DNA of 64,000 nucleotides from a virus: positions 1-64,000 of IMG/VR virus record IMGVR_UViG_3300025012_000045. One strand, 5' to 3'. Positions 59,692 through 64,000 of the stretch are shown piece after piece. Positions within the stretch are counted from its first letter, which is position 1. Each line of letters begins with the position of its first letter. The notes beneath the pieces were generated by a model. It was not told where the DNA came from, searched no databases, and worked only from the letters and a program-made list of their open reading frames with translations. The position numbers were made by a program, and so were the translations under genes.

Positions 59692-61041
59692 ATGAAAACT
59701 AAAGATAAAAAACAAATAATAAAAGAGGAAGCAAGTCCAAGATATTTACCACAATTATCAGCCCCATTCACAGATATTGTTAATGGGTTGGAACAAGAAA
59801 ATATTTCTTGGAGACCTGTAATTGTCAGAGTTGGACAACTTAAACCACTTCAAAATACGGTTGAAGTTTCAAAAATGAAAGATATTTCTCAAGAATTTAA
59901 AAACGCTGGTGAATATAATATGGATCCCGTTTTCATTTCTAATGATGACTATATTTTGGACGGTCACCATCGGACTGCTGGGCTTATTAATTCCCTTGGA
60001 AAAGATGCAAAAGTCAAATGTATAAGAATAGATTTGGATGAAAAAGAAGCAGTAAGAACAATGAATAAAATAGAGGACATATACGAATATAAACAAAAAA
60101 ATAATAAAAATGTTAAAAGATTAAAAAAATCTGATTTGGAAGAATATGCAAAAAAAGTTATTGAGCAAAATTTGGAAGAAATTGATTTAAATGATGATGA
60201 TACTATGAATCATGTTGATTTGTTAGATGAATATGTGGCTTATGCTGAAACCCATCATGAAGATGTAACTATTTACAATTTTATTGATTTTACTGATAGA
60301 GAGTATCCAGATATAGATCCAAAAATAGTACGTCTGGCAATGAAAGATGTGGAAATAATAGAAAGAGAAAATGAAGATAATCTTGGAAGAATTTCTGAAA
60401 ATGATTTGGAAGAAGGTCCAAGAACCCATTCTTCTTTAAGAACACAAAGATTGAAATCTCAACCGGAAAAACAATATGCCAAATCACGCATAAGACCAGC
60501 AGAAAGAGATTTATCAGAAGAAAATATTGAACAAGAGAAAAATTATGTTGTAAGTGCATTTAATAGAAATACTAATCAAAGAGAAATTTTAAATAATCCA
60601 TCAACAAGAGAAGAAGCGGAGGGATTTAAAAGAGATTATGGAAAAATGGGAATGGGAAAGTATAGTGATTTTCAAGTTGAACCAAGAGCAGTTTATGATG
60701 CCAAAATGGAAAGGCATAGAGGATTTGAAGATTTTTATTCATTAAATGAAAAAGATATTTCAGAAGACAAAATTAATAAATATTTAAAATTAAAGGAGAA
60801 ATATGATATAAAAGGTTTACCTTCTGAAGAACTTGATTTGAATGAGCAAGAAAGATTTATGGAAGAATTTAATTTAGGTGATAATGAAGATAATGTAAAT
60901 AATCCTGGAAGAAGTGATGAAATAAATAAAAAAAATACTGTAAGATTGTCAGAAATACAATTAAAAGAAATAGTTGAAAAATTAAAAAAAGAGTATGCAA
61001 CCCCATCAGTACCTATTGCTAATGAAATGCCTTCTATGTAA
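59692..61041 (+). CDS. ParB/Srx-like domain protein with acidic tail
   Basis: LKPLQ, PVFISNDDYILDGHHR; upstream in-frame leader (59638) interrupted by TAG. Confidence 0.7.
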   Translation: MKTKDKKQIIKEEASPRYLPQLSAPFTDIVNGLEQENISWRPVIVRVGQLKPLQNTVEVSKMKDISQEFKNAGEYNMDPVFISNDDYILDGHHRTAGLINSLGKDAKVKCIRIDLDEKEAVRTMNKIEDIYEYKQKNNKNVKRLKKSDLEEYAKKVIEQNLEEIDLNDDDTMNHVDLLDEYVAYAETHHEDVTIYNFIDFTDREYPDIDPKIVRLAMKDVEIIERENEDNLGRISENDLEEGPRTHSSLRTQRLKSQPEKQYAKSRIRPAERDLSEENIEQEKNYVVSAFNRNTNQREILNNPSTREEAEGFKRDYGKMGMGKYSDFQVEPRAVYDAKMERHRGFEDFYSLNEKDISEDKINKYLKLKEKYDIKGLPSEELDLNEQERFMEEFNLGDNEDNVNNPGRSDEINKKNTVRLSEIQLKEIVEKLKKEYATPSVPIANEMPSM

Positions 61042-61215
61042 AACTATATGATTAAAAAAATAAAATATTTTATTATTATATTTTTAATATTTTTATTTAT
61101 TACTAATGGTTGTAGGGTAACTAAATCTGGATCTGGCCCAAAGTTCCCAGGGATTGAACAAAAAAATAAGTTTTAAGGCATTCATTACTATTTATCATTA
61201 TAAAAGAAATAGTAA

Positions 61216-61908
61216 ATGAAAAATTTATCCCAAAACTGGTTTTTTGATAGACCAATAGACCTTGAACATAAAACTTATGTTCTTCTTGATTACCTTCAAC
61301 AAGTTAATAAATTTTATGAACAAAATAAGTTATATCCATATTTAAAGGAACTTATTTTTCATTATAACAATATTAATATTTTTTTAAATAATAAAGAAAA
61401 TTTTAAAAATAAACTTAAAAAAGATTTAATAGAATTTGATTTTGATAATTATTTTTTAAAATATTGTGATTTGGAAGATATTAATGAATTAAAAGAGGTT
61501 GATAATATTTTGAATTATTCTTTTTCAAAACTTAAAGATTATATAGATCAAGGAAAAGAAATTTATAATTTTATTGAAAAAAATTTAATAATTGAACCTG
61601 TTGGTATTATCCCTATCAATAAACGAGAAGGTTATATACTTATAAAAAATGATAAAAATATTTATGTTTTTAAATATGATAATTTTGTTTTGAGAGAAGA
61701 TAAAGATAACACTATTATTATAAAAACCGAATTTTATAAAATGTTTAATATTAAAATATTTGAAAAGGTAAAAGAAAAATTGTTGGAGATAAATAAAGAA
61801 TTACCAAATCCAATGGTTTTTGGGATTGAATCAAAAATTAAATTTCCTTTAATGGAAAGTGTCTTACCTATTGTGAAAAGAAGAATGTTTAAATTATTGG
61901 ATATTTAA
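61216..61908 (+). CDS. conserved hypothetical protein
   Basis: WF..PIDLEHKTYVLLDYLQ, PVGIIP, ESVLPIVKR. Confidence 0.7.
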   Translation: MKNLSQNWFFDRPIDLEHKTYVLLDYLQQVNKFYEQNKLYPYLKELIFHYNNINIFLNNKENFKNKLKKDLIEFDFDNYFLKYCDLEDINELKEVDNILNYSFSKLKDYIDQGKEIYNFIEKNLIIEPVGIIPINKREGYILIKNDKNIYVFKYDNFVLREDKDNTIIIKTEFYKMFNIKIFEKVKEKLLEINKELPNPMVFGIESKIKFPLMESVLPIVKRRMFKLLDI

Positions 61909-61929
61909 TTTTAAAAGTTAATAAGGGAA

Positions 61930-62934
61930 TTATTTTCTCGTATCATAATGTTTATTAATTATTTTAAACGATCCATTTTTGTGTTTTATAACAACCCCTT
62001 CAAATGGTATTTCATCAATTTTTGTAATTACTGAAGAATAGTTTTCAATTAATTCTTTTGATAACATAACATTTTCTTTCAATAAAGGAACAATTTCAAT
62101 GTCTAATTCCTTACAAACATCAATATAATAAAATTTTGATCCCTTATTTTCATATTTTTTTTCTTTTAAATTATAAACAGAAAAACATGCAAAGGATTTT
62201 TGTAATTTTGAATGTGGGTTATATTCTCCTTTTTGTATTCCTTGTCCATAACATTCACCCCTTAATGCTAAACTAACCTTATGTTTTTCACAAAAATTGA
62301 TTAATTTATCTTTTATTTTTGGAATGTGCAAAGTATAATTATTTATTGATTCTGGTTTAATTTCAAGATTTCTTCCACAAACACCAAAAACTTTATCGTC
62401 AAAATTATAATAAAATGTACAACTTGTTCCATCAATTTTTAATGTAACATCAACAATTTCTAAAAAAGGTATATTTTCAATATTTTCGTAACGTTCTTCA
62501 TCTGTTGGTCCAAGACCAAAAGGTAAATAACCTTTTGCTTGTAAATCTTGTGGTATTGGTGGTTCATATTTTATAACTCCAAGTTCTTTTGAATAATCTT
62601 TCCCCATTTCTAAATTTGATGGTAATAAATCTTTAATTAAATCAAGAGGAACAATAATCCCTTCTGACCACTCATTTCTTAATTTTATTGCCTTAACTCT
62701 TTTGGGGGAATATTTTTTATATGTTTCAGCCCATTTGGAATCCGGTAAAATTGTATCTGGCTGAATAAATATAATTTCATTTCCAGATTTATATTGTTCT
62801 TTTGGAATGATACATTGAAATCCAAGAACAGTTGCAATTTCCAATTTATCAGCATTTGGATGCTCTGATATTTTTTGAATTAGCTCAAGAGATGATAATT
62901 TTTTCATATTTAAATAATTATTTAAATTAGTCAT
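61930..62934 (-). CDS. RNA ligase (DRB0094 / Rnl2-like family)
   Basis: HPNADKLE N-domain, KIDGTS adenylation motif, GECYG, EGVV, FKIIN. Confidence 0.9.
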   Translation of the reverse strand: MTNLNNYLNMKKLSSLELIQKISEHPNADKLEIATVLGFQCIIPKEQYKSGNEIIFIQPDTILPDSKWAETYKKYSPKRVKAIKLRNEWSEGIIVPLDLIKDLLPSNLEMGKDYSKELGVIKYEPPIPQDLQAKGYLPFGLGPTDEERYENIENIPFLEIVDVTLKIDGTSCTFYYNFDDKVFGVCGRNLEIKPESINNYTLHIPKIKDKLINFCEKHKVSLALRGECYGQGIQKGEYNPHSKLQKSFACFSVYNLKEKKYENKGSKFYYIDVCKELDIEIVPLLKENVMLSKELIENYSSVITKIDEIPFEGVVIKHKNGSFKIINKHYDTRK

Positions 62935-63157
62935 TAAAAAATATTTTAACTAAAATTACAAAACAAACAACAATTAGAATAAGTTGAATTCCCATTAAAA
63001 AATATAATCCAAGACCCATTAAAATAAGTTCTTGCCAAAACCCCTCTGGTTGAAATAGTGTTCTTGTTAATAGATATAACCACGTTGGGATAAATGTTAA
63101 CCCTATAGTTAATAGAGCAGTTCCTATTTTAATTAAGAAATTTGTTATTTTTTTCAT
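62927..63157 (-). CDS. small membrane protein
   Basis: Two TM segments. Confidence 0.65.
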   Translation of the reverse strand: MKKITNFLIKIGTALLTIGLTFIPTWLYLLTRTLFQPEGFWQELILMGLGLYFLMGIQLILIVVCFVILVKIFFND

Positions 63158-63302
63158 TGTTTTTAATGTTTTAAGTTAATAAATTAATTTTTATTGTTTT
63201 AATTTCCTCAAATATTTTAAAAAATTCTTCTGGTTCTTGTAGGTCAAGATTTATTCCAAATGGAGTTCTTCTTAAATTTTCATATTTTATATGAATTAAT
63301 AA

Positions 63303-63734
63303 TTAATTATTTTCATATTCAACTAATTGTTCTCTATCATATAGTTCTTTCCAAATTTTCATATTGGTATCAATTCCCTGATATGTATTTGATACTATAT
63401 TATGTCTGCCAAATACATATTTTTTCTTTTTATAATTTTTATAAACTTGATGTGGATTTTTTCTCATATATTTTGAAACTTTATTAGATAATTTATATTC
63501 AAATAAAATATTAAGTTTTTGTTCTTTATTTGTTAAATCTGGGACCAATTCAAATTTGTTTGAATGTATTTTATTAAAATGAATTAATATTCTTTTTATG
63601 GAGGATAACAAATCATTGAAACTAAATTTATCTACATGGTCTTTTTGGTCTGGATAAAGTTTAATCATAAAATCAGATAATGATTGTTTATTGGTTAAAT
63701 CAGGTATGTTAATTTTTGTTTTCATTTTATTCAT
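63303..63734 (-). CDS. hypothetical protein
   Basis: 143-aa ORF. Confidence 0.6.
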   Translation of the reverse strand: MNKMKTKINIPDLTNKQSLSDFMIKLYPDQKDHVDKFSFNDLLSSIKRILIHFNKIHSNKFELVPDLTNKEQKLNILFEYKLSNKVSKYMRKNPHQVYKNYKKKKYVFGRHNIVSNTYQGIDTNMKIWKELYDREQLVEYENN

Positions 63735-63936
63735 CGTTAAATTTTATATTTTTAATTACTTTATCCCATTTTTTAAAAAAACTTTCTTCTTTAATGTTTT
63801 CTTTTGATTTCTTTTTAGATTTTGAATTGTTTTTATTTTTTCTGACTATTACCTTAGTAGATTTGAGTTTTTTATTGATGAGCATTTTCAATTCAATAAG
63901 TTCTGCAATTGACATATTTTTGATTAAGTTTTCCAT
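63727..63936 (-). CDS. small basic early protein
   Basis: Directly after early promoter at 63969-63976. Confidence 0.6.
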   Translation of the reverse strand: MENLIKNMSIAELIELKMLINKKLKSTKVIVRKNKNNSKSKKKSKENIKEESFFKKWDKVIKNIKFNDE

Positions 63937-64000
63937 GATTTTTAAGGTTTTGACAGTTAATTATGACACAAAGGTAAGTAAAATAATTGATATATCCAAA

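Noticed and set aside
1-64000. Alternative genetic code (TAG or TGA recoding)
   Set aside because: Long conserved genes are intact in code 11 and several end in TAG or TGA; only one suspicious in-frame TAG

Overview
Very AT-rich segment of a large T4-like (myovirus, probably jumbo) phage genome using the standard genetic code. Early promoters match the Bacteroidota TAnnTTTG -7 box, so the host is probably a Bacteroidota. The window contains: (1) a replication/nucleotide block (class II RNR NrdJ, gp41/DnaB helicase, 5'-3' exonuclease, RecA/UvsX, gp32-like SSB, a mosaic DNA methyltransferase); (2) tail/baseplate genes (hub with M15 peptidase, wedge, tube initiator with OmpA-like insertion, tape measure, LamG proteins); (3) RNA-repair-type enzymes (HAD phosphatase, RNA ligase, Tpt1/ART-like); (4) many putative head-packaged proteins with shared 'ITESQLKRLIE' or 'EQIxRMKELINY' leaders; (5) selfish elements (two TnpB, HNH and PD-(D/E)XK endonucleases). 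Main candidates for new biology: (a) two homologous islands (about 4.86-6.90 kb and 45.32-49.45 kb) built from GTTATCACAC core sites, a constant leader and an attC-like hairpin, lying in opposite orientations behind the same 57-bp promoter and carrying variable cargo, including a tRNA-mimic RNA and a small structured RNA; (b) a three-copy two-gene module pairing a putative packaged enzyme with an acyl-carrier-protein look-alike that lacks the phosphopantetheine serine. All protein calls come from motif recognition by eye, not database searches.
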